Source of the DNA: a bacterium | GTDB taxonomy: Bacteria; Desulfobacterota; DSWW01 | Assembly (NCBI GenBank): GCA_040756235.1 | Contig: JBFLZG010000006.1 | Coordinates: 32,505 to 96,504, forward strand | Direction: 5' to 3' | DNA length: 64,000 bases | In this document: piece by piece, positions 29,086-39,023 of the stretch | Position numbering within the stretch: the first letter of the stretch is position 1 | How the letters are laid out: every line of letters starts with the position of its first letter | The notes under the pieces: generated by a model | Database searches by the model: none | Seen by the model: only the letters and a program-made list of their open reading frames with translations | Told to the model about the DNA's origin: nothing | Translations under genes and position numbers: made by a program

Positions 29086-30000
29086 TTACTCTTCTCCCAG
29101 AGTGCGCCCGCCGCCCGCCTTCTTGGCTCGAAAGAGGCGGTCCGCCGCCCTGTGGAAGAGCCCGTCCGCGCTCTCCCCCTCCAAGGCCTGGCAGATCGCC
29201 AGGCTCATTCCGACCCCCGGGCCGGACTGGCCGGAGGCCGCGCGAATCCGTTCGCAGATCCGCAGCGACTGTGCGCGATCGGTTTCGGGCAGGATGGCCG
29301 CGAAAGTATCCGCCTCCAGGCGGAAGATGCTGTCCACTTCGCGGCGTGTCTGCGCGATCAGGAGGCGGCCGATGGAGGCGAGCAACTCGTCTCCGGCATC
29401 GTTCCCGTGCCTCTCGTTGAAGTCCTTGAACGCGTCCAGGTCGAGGAGGCAGAGGGCCAGCGGATTTCTCTGCCGGCAGGCTCGCTTGAGCTCCCGGGTG
29501 AGAAAGAGGTGGAAGGCTTTCCGGTTGTACAGCCCGGTCAGCGGGTCTCGCAGATTGGCTTCTTCCTGAAAGGCGGCGAGCAGCCTGTCCGCCGTGATGT
29601 CCCGCAGGATCTCCACGATCGCCTGTATCTGCCCGTCCGCATCGAGGACGGGGTAAGCCCGGCCCTCCAGGTGTTGCTCTTCTCCATTGCGCGAGCGCCG
29701 GGGCAAGGCGACCGGCCCCGCGGCGACGCGGCTCTCGAAAGCCCTGGCGGCCGGGCACCCTTGCGGTCCGCCTCCGCAAGGTGCGTCGGATGCGAACAGG
29801 GCCTCGTGGCACTTGATGCCGGCCGGATCCCGTTGGGCGCCCCGGAGCCAGGCCGCGGCCGTCCCGTTGACGGCCAGGATGCGGAGCTCTCCGTCCAGGA
29901 CGAGGACCCCGTCGCTCGTCCCCTGGAACAGGCTTTCGATGAAGCCGGAGCTCTGCCGTATGCGGTCCATGGGGGCGTGGCGCGCCGCAGCTTTCTTCAT
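29086..30000 (-). CDS. PAS + degenerate GGDEF-domain protein
   Basis: DPLTGLYNR, DLDAFKDFN..GD; signature reads EADTF; REVD I-site. Confidence 0.85.
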   Translation of the reverse strand: MKKAAARHAPMDRIRQSSGFIESLFQGTSDGVLVLDGELRILAVNGTAAAWLRGAQRDPAGIKCHEALFASDAPCGGGPQGCPAARAFESRVAAGPVALPRRSRNGEEQHLEGRAYPVLDADGQIQAIVEILRDITADRLLAAFQEEANLRDPLTGLYNRKAFHLFLTRELKRACRQRNPLALCLLDLDAFKDFNERHGNDAGDELLASIGRLLIAQTRREVDSIFRLEADTFAAILPETDRAQSLRICERIRAASGQSGPGVGMSLAICQALEGESADGLFHRAADRLFRAKKAGGGRTLGEE

Positions 30001-30087
30001 CGATCGGACCTCCTCATTCTCTGTATATTGCCGCGAACACCGCCCGGTTTCCCCTGCTTCAGGAGGCTCTCGAAAAAGACCCTCTGG

Positions 30088-30253
30088 AGAGGCTGGGGAG
30101 AAATGGCCAGATGCAAGGCGCGCGAAGTCCTGAGGAGCGAGGCGTACATGGCAGTACGCCGCAGTGACCCCGGCTTGCGCCGGGGCAGGCTCCCCCGCCT
30201 CTATGCCGCGCCATGAGCGCAACGCCGCAGATGGCCATTTATCGACAGCCTCT
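30088..30253 (+). repeat. MITE-like element with nested palindrome
   Basis: AGAGGCTG..CAGCCTCT ends; internal CCCCGGCTTGCGCCGGGG. Confidence 0.85.
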
Positions 30254-30254
30254 C

Positions 30255-32234
30255 TCAGCAGGAGGGGCCCGGCTCCAAAACCTTCTCCAGGGATAGGGAG
30301 AGGAGCTCGGGCGCCTGGTGCACGGGGAGATGCCAGATTCTCGCCTCGGAACCGACGGGAAGGTCCGGGACGCTGTCGGAGCCCGCGCTCGCGCCCGGGT
30401 GTGTCACGATCAGCTTGACCCTGGGATTGATCGTGACCATGCGGTGCACGGGCGAAGGAGAGGATCGGCCCCCCGAGCGGCCGTCCAGAATGACCCAGTC
30501 GATCTCGTCCTTGCGCCGGCTGTAAATGTCGAGAGCTTCCTGGCCGCTCTCGGCCGGGATGACGTCGTAGTGCATTCGGGAAAGGACGTCCCGGAAGAGG
30601 TCGCGGGTGGCCGGGTCCGGGTCGGCCACGAGAATCCTGCCGGCCCTGGCCCCCTTGCCCTTTTCGGCCGTGGCGGGCGGCGGTGCAGGTGCGAGCCTCG
30701 GGAAGAGCAGCCGGAAGGTCGAGCCGCTTCCGGGTCTGCTGTTCACGAGGATCTCCCCCCTGTGCTTCTTCACCATGCTGTACACCACGCTCAGACCCAG
30801 CCCGGTGCCTTTTCCGGGTTCTTTGGTGGTGAAGAAAGGATCGAAGATCCGGGGCAGGTTCTCCTCGGCGATGCCCAGGCCCGTGTCCTCCAGGACGATC
30901 TCGACCAGGGCCTGTCCGCCCCCTTTCTCGGCCTTGCCCCCGACCGCCGAGGGGCGGTGGACCGCGGTGGCGACGCGAATCCGTCCGCCCTCGGGCATGG
31001 CGTCCCGGGAGTTGAGAAGGATGTTCATCAGGATCTGATCGATCTGGTCCGGGTCGGCCTCGATCCGGCCCGCCTCCGGGTCGAGCTGGAGCTGAACCTG
31101 GATCTTGGACCCGAGGGTGCTGCTCAGAACGCTCAGGGTTTCGTGGATCCGTCTGTTGACCTCCACCGGCTTCCGCTCCAGGGCGGCGGCCTCCCGGCTC
31201 ATGCCCAGAAGCTGGCGCGTGAGCCCGCAGGCCTTCTGGGTCATCCTGTGAAGGATCTCCGCCGAGCGGCCGATTGCAGGGACTTCCCTGGCCTTCAGGG
31301 TGAGCAGCTCCGCCTGCGGCAGGATGGCGGTCAGGATGTTGTTGAACTCATGGGCAAACCCGCTGGCGAGGGTGCCCAGGGACTCCATCTTCTGGTGGTG
31401 AACGATCTGCTGCTCGAGAGCTTTCCAGGCGGTGATGTCGAGCAGGCATCCCTGCACGGCCCTGGCGCCCTGAAACTGGATCGGGCCGTACCCGTGCAAG
31501 GCATTGCGGCGGGTGCCGACCCGCGTCTTGAGCACGACCTCCTCGACGCCCGCTGAGGCCTCATCCAGCCCGTACGCAGCGATCGAGGACCCCTCCATGG
31601 GGACCGGCTCGAGGAAGCGCGCAAGGGAGCGGCCGACGAGCGCCTCCGCGTGGTGGCCGAGGAGCTGGCAGAGCTTTCGGTTCACCAGCCGGATCTGGCC
31701 GGCCTGCTCGATGTAGACCCCCACCATGGATTGCTCGAACAGGTTGCGGTACTTGGCCTCGGATTCCACCAGTGCCCGGGTGCGCTCCTCGACCTTCTTC
31801 TCCAGCTCGAGGTTGAGCACCCTGAGCTGCTCGGCGTAGCGGCGGCTTTCGATCCGGCTCTGTCGAAGCAGGAGCCCGCTCTGAAGCACCTTCTTGAGGT
31901 CCCGAGGCCCGAATTCCCCCTTCTTCAGGTAAAAGAAGACCCGCGCTTCGGTCGCCTCCACCGGAGGCCAGTCCTTCTCGAAGCCGGTGATGACGATCAG
32001 AATGATCTCCTCGTCCGCTTTTTCCCGTATGCGCCGGATGAGCTCCGGGCCCGACATGCCGGGGAGCCTGAGATCGCACAGGATCGCGTCATACGAGCCG
32101 CGCCGCAGCGAGTCGAGCGCCTGCGCGCCGCTCTCGGCCTGATCGATCAGGCAGTCCTGAGAGAGGGTACGCACGAGGAACTCGCGGTAAAACGCGTCAT
32201 CCTCGACGATCAGAATCCTGGGTTTCTCCGACAT
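30255..32234 (-). CDS. Hybrid sensor kinase REC-PAS-HisKA-HATPase-REC(degenerate)
   Basis: VEDD..CDLRLP; AHEFNNIL; FDPFFTTK..GTGLGL; C-terminal VADPD. Confidence 0.92.
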   Translation of the reverse strand: MSEKPRILIVEDDAFYREFLVRTLSQDCLIDQAESGAQALDSLRRGSYDAILCDLRLPGMSGPELIRRIREKADEEIILIVITGFEKDWPPVEATEARVFFYLKKGEFGPRDLKKVLQSGLLLRQSRIESRRYAEQLRVLNLELEKKVEERTRALVESEAKYRNLFEQSMVGVYIEQAGQIRLVNRKLCQLLGHHAEALVGRSLARFLEPVPMEGSSIAAYGLDEASAGVEEVVLKTRVGTRRNALHGYGPIQFQGARAVQGCLLDITAWKALEQQIVHHQKMESLGTLASGFAHEFNNILTAILPQAELLTLKAREVPAIGRSAEILHRMTQKACGLTRQLLGMSREAAALERKPVEVNRRIHETLSVLSSTLGSKIQVQLQLDPEAGRIEADPDQIDQILMNILLNSRDAMPEGGRIRVATAVHRPSAVGGKAEKGGGQALVEIVLEDTGLGIAEENLPRIFDPFFTTKEPGKGTGLGLSVVYSMVKKHRGEILVNSRPGSGSTFRLLFPRLAPAPPPATAEKGKGARAGRILVADPDPATRDLFRDVLSRMHYDVIPAESGQEALDIYSRRKDEIDWVILDGRSGGRSSPSPVHRMVTINPRVKLIVTHPGASAGSDSVPDLPVGSEARIWHLPVHQAPELLSLSLEKVLEPGPSC

Positions 32235-34866
32235 CGGTCTCCCCGGCTTTGCCCGGCCTTCCCCAGAGCGCGTCCGGGTGGGCGGGCAAAGACAGACGGA
32301 AAGTGGTTCCCTCTCCGACCTTGGATTCGGCCACCTCGAGCGACCCGCCGTGTTCCCGCACGATCTTCAGGGTGAGGCTCAGCCCGAGCCCGGTCCCTTC
32401 GACCCTGTCCGAAGTCGTGAAAAAAGGGTCGAAGATCTTGGGGATGTTCTCCTGGGGGATGCCGCAGCCGGAGTCCGAAACCACAACCTCGATGAAGCGC
32501 CCCGGCTGTGCCGGACGGCGAGGATCCGGGCGGCTTCGGACCTTGAGCAGGCCTCCGTCCGGCATGGCCTTGTAGGCGTTGCTGTACAGATTCAGAAAGA
32601 CCTGCAGGAGATCCGCCTGGCGGCCGTAGACGACGTCGGCATCCAGATCCTTTTCGATCCGGATGCCCCTTGCCCGGAGCAGATCCCCGAGGAGGGATTC
32701 CGTTCCGTCCAGGATCGTGTGCAGGCGAATCTCTTCGAAGGCCTGGTCCGGGCTGCGAGCAAGCTGGATGAGGTCATCGATCACGGAAAAGCACTTGTTC
32801 AGGCTCTTCAACACGAGCTGAATCTGCTCCCGGACCGCCTCGGCCGGCCGGGCCGGTTCCTGGGTTGTCGCGTAGGGGACGATGCGGCCGCTGTCCAGCT
32901 CTTCGAGAAGCAGCTCGAGAATGCCCTTCACCGCGCCCAGCGGGCTGCGCAGGTTGTGGGCCGTCCCGGCCGCCAGCTCTCCGACGGAAGCCATACGCGC
33001 CGCCTCGAGGAGCTGCTTCTGCAGCCCCCTTTCTTCAGTCACGTCGCTCAGGATGCAGGCGAGGAGGCTTCCCTCCTCCGGCTGGTCGAGCACCTTGAGC
33101 AGGTTCCACCGGCAGACTCGCTGGGAGCGGCCTTCCGGATCGGCCATCAGCGTCGTCTCCCCCTGAAAGATCGAGGAGATCCCCTTGAGCACTTCCAGCC
33201 GCCCCTTCCAGAAGCGAGGGTCGGTAAAGATCTCGGTGAACGAGGTGCCGGCCGACAGCCTCCCGGCAGGAAAGATGCCCTCGGCAGCCGGATTCCAGCT
33301 CCGGATGCGGCCTCGCTCGTCCAGCATGACCAGGCCCACCGGGAGACTCGCTACGATCCTGTCCTTCTCGATTCTTTCGCGCTCGCCCGCTTCCCGCTGC
33401 TGGTCGATGCGGGCGATGGAGCGCTTCAAGGTCTCGGTGAGCTGCTGGTTGCGCTGGTGAAAGCGGATGTTTTCGATGGCTTCGGCAGCGATCTTGGCGC
33501 AAGAGGCCAGAAGGAGCCCGATCTTTTCCAGACCCATGGTCCCCTGCGGGCGCGCCTGGACCTTGAGGAATCCGAGCGGTCCTTCCTTGCCGATCAGGTC
33601 CACGAACAGATAAGAGACTCCCGGGCGCCGGCGCTCGAGATCGGGTTCTTTTTCGGGGAGCTTCTCCTCCAGCCGCACGTCGCAGGCGCAGGGTTCGGAT
33701 CCTCCCCTGCGCGCCTGGGCGGTCAGCTCCCAGCGGCCGCTCAGAAACAGGGTGCAGATCACCTGGTCGAAGGAGAAAACGCCGAGCAGGGTCTCGGCGA
33801 TTCCTCTGGCGGCCTGCTCCAGGGAGCCGGCCGCCTGCAGGACCAGGCCGAGGGCGTTGATGCCGGCCAGCTCCTTTTCCCTCTGCACCGATTCGCGATG
33901 GCGGATCTCCTGGCTCTTCTGGAAATCCCAGAGGGTGCGGTTGGCATCCCGCAAGGCCGGGAAGTAGGAGGCCAGCGGAATGGGTCCCCATTCGAGCCGG
34001 TCGGCCAGCTCTTTCACGTGGCGGTGGATCTGAGAGTGGACTCCCTCTACAGACGAGCGCACCAGGGACAACTCGGCCAGGAGGCTGCCTGAGACGCTCT
34101 GCGGGCTCGGGTCGCCGCCCGCGCCCGTCTTGTAGCAGTAACAGAGGTGGTCTGCGAGATGGACCAGACGACAGACCAGGACGTGATAGGGATCGGCCAG
34201 GAACGCCTTCACGGGATAATGGTGATAGGAAACCACGTTGCAGTAGAGGGGCGGGATCTTCCAATGCTCCAGGACCCAGCGGCTCACCTCTCCGTGGTCG
34301 TACCCCAGGCATTCCTTCTCCGCCTCGAAGAGGCGGATGCCTTTCTCCTTCGCCAGCGCCAGGACCGGCCGGTAGCCACCCTTCAGGTGATTGCAGAGGA
34401 TCACTTTGCCGATATCGTGGAGCAAGCCCGAAATGAAGGCCTCTTCGGGGTCGACCGGGGACGGAAGCAGGGGAGCGAGCTCCCTCGCCCACACGGCCGC
34501 TCCGATGCTGTGCATCCAGAGCTCGCCCAGGTCCAGACCATAGTCCTCCCGCCGGTCCGAGAAGAGCTCGAGGACCGAGGCGCTGAGAACGATGCTTCGA
34601 AGCACGGGCAGGCGCAGGGAGGAAAGGGCCTTGTGCAGGGAGGTGATCCTGCCGTCCGGATTATAGTAGAAGGTATTGGCCACCTGAAGCACTCTGGCCG
34701 TGAGGGCTGGGTCGAGCTCGATGACCTGGGCCAGCTCCGCGATCGATCCGGAAGGCTTGAGGGCCCTCTTCATGCCTTCCAGGGCGATGAAAGGCAAGGT
34801 CGGCAGCGACTCCGTCACCTCGAGAAGACGCCGCAGATGAATCTCTTCGCCGGTGTTCTGGCCCAT
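32197..34866 (-). CDS. HDOD-domain PAS histidine kinase
   Basis: LPTLP, DPALTARVL, GLLHDIGK; AHNLRSPL; FDPFFTT..GTGLGL. Confidence 0.9.
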   Translation of the reverse strand: MGQNTGEEIHLRRLLEVTESLPTLPFIALEGMKRALKPSGSIAELAQVIELDPALTARVLQVANTFYYNPDGRITSLHKALSSLRLPVLRSIVLSASVLELFSDRREDYGLDLGELWMHSIGAAVWARELAPLLPSPVDPEEAFISGLLHDIGKVILCNHLKGGYRPVLALAKEKGIRLFEAEKECLGYDHGEVSRWVLEHWKIPPLYCNVVSYHHYPVKAFLADPYHVLVCRLVHLADHLCYCYKTGAGGDPSPQSVSGSLLAELSLVRSSVEGVHSQIHRHVKELADRLEWGPIPLASYFPALRDANRTLWDFQKSQEIRHRESVQREKELAGINALGLVLQAAGSLEQAARGIAETLLGVFSFDQVICTLFLSGRWELTAQARRGGSEPCACDVRLEEKLPEKEPDLERRRPGVSYLFVDLIGKEGPLGFLKVQARPQGTMGLEKIGLLLASCAKIAAEAIENIRFHQRNQQLTETLKRSIARIDQQREAGERERIEKDRIVASLPVGLVMLDERGRIRSWNPAAEGIFPAGRLSAGTSFTEIFTDPRFWKGRLEVLKGISSIFQGETTLMADPEGRSQRVCRWNLLKVLDQPEEGSLLACILSDVTEERGLQKQLLEAARMASVGELAAGTAHNLRSPLGAVKGILELLLEELDSGRIVPYATTQEPARPAEAVREQIQLVLKSLNKCFSVIDDLIQLARSPDQAFEEIRLHTILDGTESLLGDLLRARGIRIEKDLDADVVYGRQADLLQVFLNLYSNAYKAMPDGGLLKVRSRPDPRRPAQPGRFIEVVVSDSGCGIPQENIPKIFDPFFTTSDRVEGTGLGLSLTLKIVREHGGSLEVAESKVGEGTTFRLSLPAHPDALWGRPGKAGETDVGETQDSDRRG

Positions 34867-35243
34867 GCTTTGCCTCGGTAAGCCTCGAGCCGGAATCTAT
34901 TACCGGCTCCCGGCCAAAGTCAAACGGATTTAGAGAGACGGGTCGCCTCGCGAGGAGAAAGGCGCCGGAGGAGTTGGCCTCACGGCACGCGCGGAGCGCC
35001 GCATTCTGCGCCGGGCAAAGCCTCTTGCGGGACGGAGGCGACAAGCTCCCGGCCTTTCGGGCTCAGGCGAAGCCCGTCCTCGGCGAGCAACGACTCCCAG
35101 TCCTCCGGACGCAGGACGGCCTCATGGAGATCCACGCAGTCCAGGCCCTGCCGGCTGGCGTATTCGGCCAGGAGGCCGTTCCAGTGTTGCGTCGTAGGGG
35201 GAGACAGATCCAGGAGCAGGGCGCGCGAGCTCCATCATCCGGT

Positions 35244-35525
35244 TCAGACCCTTGCGCTTCTTCCCCGGGCCTTCTCCCTGCGGATCAGCATCAGGTTTCT
35301 CGCGTAGATCAGAGCCCCGCAGGACTGGCCCAGGATGAAGACGGGGTCTCTTCTCCAGATCGAATAGGCCAGCAACACGAGGCCGCCCGAGAGGCTCAGG
35401 AACCAGAACGACACGGGGATGACGCTCTTGCCCGCCCGCTCGCTCGCGATCCACTGGACGAAAAAGCGGGAAAAGAAAAGGGCCTGACCCAGGTAGCCGA
35501 AGACCAACCAGAATGCGGTCGACAT
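35244..35525 (-). CDS. Lipid-A-disaccharide synthase N-terminal-domain (LAB_N) protein
   Basis: GQALFFSRFFVQWIASE..KSVIP..FW..S, DPVFILGQ. Confidence 0.85.
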   Translation of the reverse strand: MSTAFWLVFGYLGQALFFSRFFVQWIASERAGKSVIPVSFWFLSLSGGLVLLAYSIWRRDPVFILGQSCGALIYARNLMLIRREKARGRSARV

Positions 35526-35571
35526 GTATGGCTTCTCCTCCAGGAGCCACGGCAAACCGGGCGGCCTGCAA

Positions 35572-35595
35572 GGGCGAAAAATTTTTCGCCCCTAC
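35572..35595. repeat. GTAG/CTAC-type REP palindrome
   Basis: GGGCGAAAAATTTTTCGCCC-CTAC; near-identical partner at 36425-36452. Confidence 0.7.
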
Positions 35596-36350
35596 AGGGC
35601 TTCACCCTCCGAACCGGGCGGCAGGGCGGTTTCCTTGTATCGATAGCGGATCCACCTCCACTGCATCCAGCGAACCGCCAGGGCGTCCAGGAGGCCCCTC
35701 CAGAGACGATTCCAGACGCCGTACTTCGGTCTCCCCCGCTGGCGCGGCCGGTGGTTCACCGGGATTTCCTGGAGGGTCCAGCCATCCATGCGCAGGAGAG
35801 TGGGCAGGAACCGATGCATGCCTTCGAACGCGGGCACGTGGGCGACACACTCCCTCCGGAAGACCCGGAGGGAGCAGCCCACGTCCGAGACCTGCTCGCC
35901 GGTCAGCCAGTTGCGGAACCCGTTGCCGATCCGGGAAGAGATCTTGCGGACCCAGTTGTCCTGGCGTTTGACGCGCACCCCGTTCACCACGTCCGCTCCC
36001 CCCTCCTGGACGCGCCGGATGAGGGCAGGCAGGTCCCCCGGATCGTTCTGGCCGTCGCCGTCCAATGTGGCCAGGATCGATCCCCTGGCCTCACGGAAGC
36101 CTGCGATCATGGCGGAAGTCTGCCCGTGGTTGCGGTCAAAGGAAACGTAGCGGTGCCGAGCGTCGATGCGGTGAAGCGACCTCAGCTGAGCCAGGGTGCC
36201 GTCCATGCTGCCGTCGTCCACCCAGACGCATTCCCAGCTCCAGGGCGTCGATTCCATGGAACGGCGGATCTCCTCGGCCAGAGGGGCCAGGTTCTCCTCC
36301 TCGTCCTTGACGGGAACGACAATGCTCACGACAGGCCCTGGGGATGGCAT
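35592..36350 (-). CDS. Glycosyltransferase family 2 (polyprenol-phosphate glycosyltransferase type)
   Basis: VVPVKDEEEN, VDDGSMD, NHGQT, LDGDGQNDP, MHRFLP. Confidence 0.92.
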   Translation of the reverse strand: MPSPGPVVSIVVPVKDEEENLAPLAEEIRRSMESTPWSWECVWVDDGSMDGTLAQLRSLHRIDARHRYVSFDRNHGQTSAMIAGFREARGSILATLDGDGQNDPGDLPALIRRVQEGGADVVNGVRVKRQDNWVRKISSRIGNGFRNWLTGEQVSDVGCSLRVFRRECVAHVPAFEGMHRFLPTLLRMDGWTLQEIPVNHRPRQRGRPKYGVWNRLWRGLLDALAVRWMQWRWIRYRYKETALPPGSEGEAL

Positions 36351-36424
36351 GGAGGCTGTCCTCATTCGAGGCGATCGGTGCTCGCTCAACCGGGCCAGGC
36401 AAAAAGGGTGGGGCAAATGTCAAA

Positions 36425-36452
36425 GCAGGGGCGAAAAATCTTTCGCCCCTGC
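36425..36452. repeat. REP palindrome
   Basis: GCAGGGGCGAAAAATCTTTCGCCCCTGC. Confidence 0.7.
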
Positions 36453-36471
36453 TCGTATTGCCTTTCACCTG

Positions 36472-37476
36472 TCACCTATCACCTGTCTTCCCTTCGACTT
36501 TCACCTCCTCGACCTCCCGCACCAGCTGCGGGGGCAAATGGAGGTACCGGGTCGTCGACCTCTTTTGCTCGATGTCCCGGCAGATGCGTTCGAGTTGCTC
36601 CGCGGTAAGCCCGAGCACCGGTGCCGCCTCCTGCGAAGGGATGCCGTGGTTATGGGCATACAGGGCCAGATCCATCCGGTCGTAGGGGAGCTTGAAGTAG
36701 AACTCCTCTTGGGTCTGCTCCAGGCTGTAGGTGTCGGTCGTCGGCCGGGCGGTGCAGATCTCGTCCGGAAGTCCGAGGAAACGGGCCAGCTCATAGACCT
36801 GCGTCTTGTACAAATGCGCGATCGGTTTGAGGTCGGCGGCCCCGTCTCCGAGCTTCACGAAGAACCCCTGGTCGTACTCGAGCCGGTTGGGCGTGCCGCT
36901 CACGGCGTAGTTGAGCCGGTCCGCGTGATAGTACTCGAGCAGCTTGCGGGTCCTCTGTTTCATGTTGGTGGCGGCTACGATCTCCAGGTACGCCCCGACG
37001 GGCAGCCGTTTCTTCTGCTGCTCTCCTTTGGGCGATTCGACCACCAGGTAGAAAACGTTGAGCGCATTCCTCTCGAGGAAGTCCGGCTGCAGGATGATCT
37101 TCTGCTTGTACCCTTCACGGTAGTCCGGGAACACCGAACGAATCGCCGTATCCCGCCGCCGGTAGCAGCCTAGCGCGTCGAGGATGGGTGTGATATCCTC
37201 GCGCAACGCCTGAATCCCGAGCTGGGCGGCGAGCTTCTGCGCCCGCTCCAGTCCGGCGGGGGTGGAATCCCTTTCGGGCAGGAACAGGCCGAGCACGTTG
37301 CCGGGTCCCAGCGCCTTGGTGCACAAGGCGGCCACGACGGAGCTGTCCACTCCGCCGCTCATGGCCACCACGGCCCCCTTCTTCTTCAGGCCGCCGCGAA
37401 CGATTTCTCGGACGGCCTCGGCGATCTCGTGCACGACCCCGGCCGGGTCGATCCGGAGTGCGTCTGCGGAAAACAT
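36472..37476 (-). CDS. nadE: NAD(+) synthase (no glutaminase domain)
   Basis: SGGVDSS PP-loop, NMKQRTR, GTPNRLE, GFFVKLGDG, PIAHLYKTQV. Confidence 0.88.
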   Translation of the reverse strand: MFSADALRIDPAGVVHEIAEAVREIVRGGLKKKGAVVAMSGGVDSSVVAALCTKALGPGNVLGLFLPERDSTPAGLERAQKLAAQLGIQALREDITPILDALGCYRRRDTAIRSVFPDYREGYKQKIILQPDFLERNALNVFYLVVESPKGEQQKKRLPVGAYLEIVAATNMKQRTRKLLEYYHADRLNYAVSGTPNRLEYDQGFFVKLGDGAADLKPIAHLYKTQVYELARFLGLPDEICTARPTTDTYSLEQTQEEFYFKLPYDRMDLALYAHNHGIPSQEAAPVLGLTAEQLERICRDIEQKRSTTRYLHLPPQLVREVEEVKVEGKTGDR

Positions 37477-37761
37477 GAATGGCTCCTTCGGTGGAAGTGG
37501 AACGATGCACCCTGTTGCGGAAACCCCTTCCGACCGCTGCAACGTGGGGCAGAAGTCTAACAAACGCAAGGTCATGATGCAAAAGGATCCGCTCCGCCCT
37601 GTTCCCGCCGGCTGCCCGCTCCCGGAGCGGTCTCAACAAAACCCTTGTCAGGATGCACCTAACTTTGATTGAATCGTGAGTAGGGAAGGGTTCGGCCTGG
37701 AGAGAGGTGTGGACGCCGGAAAGCCGGGAACTCTCTAGCTCGTGGATCTGGAGGAGATGGG

Positions 37762-38457
37762 ATGCCGACCAAAGAACGAGGAGCTCTGCCGGTGCGCAGG
37801 AGAGCCGCGGACCGACAGCCCCAGAGCGCGGCTCCGAGCGGTTTCGAAGAATACTGCAGGGCACACCAGAAGGAGTCGATCTTCGAGAGGGAAAGAGGCC
37901 AGGCCAGCACGTGGACCCTCTTCCTCCACGGTGATTCGCTGGTGACGGGCTCGATCTCCGGCAGCGAGACCTACGAGTGCAACATCCGGCCGGGGGAAGG
38001 CTCCGAAGAGAAGGTCCACAAGGTGCGCGTCAAGTTCCTCTGCCCCGCCGCGGTGCATGAAGAGGTGACGGGTCAGATGAAACGGAACGAGGAGGTGCAG
38101 CGCAGGAAAGAGGGGCCCCATTTTCTGCCGCGTTTTCGTCACGCGATGGAGGACAGGACCCTGTTCGAGTTGATGACGAGAAGGGAAGTGCTTTTTTTCA
38201 CCATGTTGGAGGGGGAGATCCTCCGGGGGATCATCCGATCGTTTTCCTCTTACGAGATCGTGGTCGGCATGCGGCGGGAAGTCCCTGTCATCCTGCTGCG
38301 CCACGCGATCTATGACGTGCGGGACAAGAGAGGCAAGAGTTACGTGAAGAAACCGGCGACCGGGAAAGCCCGGGCGTCAGCGGAAGGCGCACCGCGCGAC
38401 AGCGGGAGGGGGCCTGCAGACCCCCTCCCGCGCCGCGGATCGCATGCCGACGTTTAG
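37762..38457 (+). CDS. Hypothetical protein with two Hfq/Sm-like repeats
   Basis: GGAGGAG RBS; C-terminal repeat aligns by eye to Hfq (G..LRG.I.SF..Y.I....LLRHAI). Confidence 0.65.
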   Translation: MPTKERGALPVRRRAADRQPQSAAPSGFEEYCRAHQKESIFERERGQASTWTLFLHGDSLVTGSISGSETYECNIRPGEGSEEKVHKVRVKFLCPAAVHEEVTGQMKRNEEVQRRKEGPHFLPRFRHAMEDRTLFELMTRREVLFFTMLEGEILRGIIRSFSSYEIVVGMRREVPVILLRHAIYDVRDKRGKSYVKKPATGKARASAEGAPRDSGRGPADPLPRRGSHADV

Positions 38458-38459
38458 AA

Positions 38460-39023
38460 TCAGAAGTAATAGGTCATGTTGATGATCCCGTTGATCCCGA
38501 ACGAGAAGTCCGATTCGCCCAGTGTGAAACCGGTTGTCGTAGGGGTGTAGAACGACTCTCCGAAGCCGAACGCAAGGCCGAGGTTGCCGCCGAAGCTGAA
38601 GCTGTCGACGATCCAGTACTCGACGCCGAAATGCGGGATCACCGAGGCCCAGAAGTCGGTGTTGTCGGGTACGTGAGGAATGAAGAAGAGCACGTCGGAG
38701 CCCACATAGGGTCGGAGCTTCCCCTCCCTCCAGCTGGCGATGTAATAATCGATCGCGCTCCCGAACCCGAACACGAAACCGGTCCCGCCTCCTTGGTCGT
38801 TGTCGTCCTCTTTGATGTGCTGAACGAAGAACCCGAGTTTCGGCGTGATGGCCCAGTTTCTCATCTGGATCTTCAACCCGGCCATCGGGCCCTCGAAATT
38901 GGTCGCTGCCTGCAACCCGATCTGTGTACCCCCGTGCCCAGCGTCCTGGGCCGGCAGGGAAGAGACGAGGGTCAGGCACGCGAGGAACGCAACCAAGCCG
39001 CTTATGATCCATTTCCGCTTCAT
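38460..39023 (-). CDS. Outer-membrane beta-barrel protein (8-strand type)
   Basis: Signal peptide, alternating beta strands, RPYVG, GVEY, C-terminal YYF. Confidence 0.75.
   Translation of the reverse strand: MKRKWIISGLVAFLACLTLVSSLPAQDAGHGGTQIGLQAATNFEGPMAGLKIQMRNWAITPKLGFFVQHIKEDDNDQGGGTGFVFGFGSAIDYYIASWREGKLRPYVGSDVLFFIPHVPDNTDFWASVIPHFGVEYWIVDSFSFGGNLGLAFGFGESFYTPTTTGFTLGESDFSFGINGIINMTYYF

Noticed and set aside
37477..37640. NAD+ riboswitch upstream of nadE
   Set aside because: Hairpins exist but do not match the known NAD+-I or NAD+-II consensus as I recall them.
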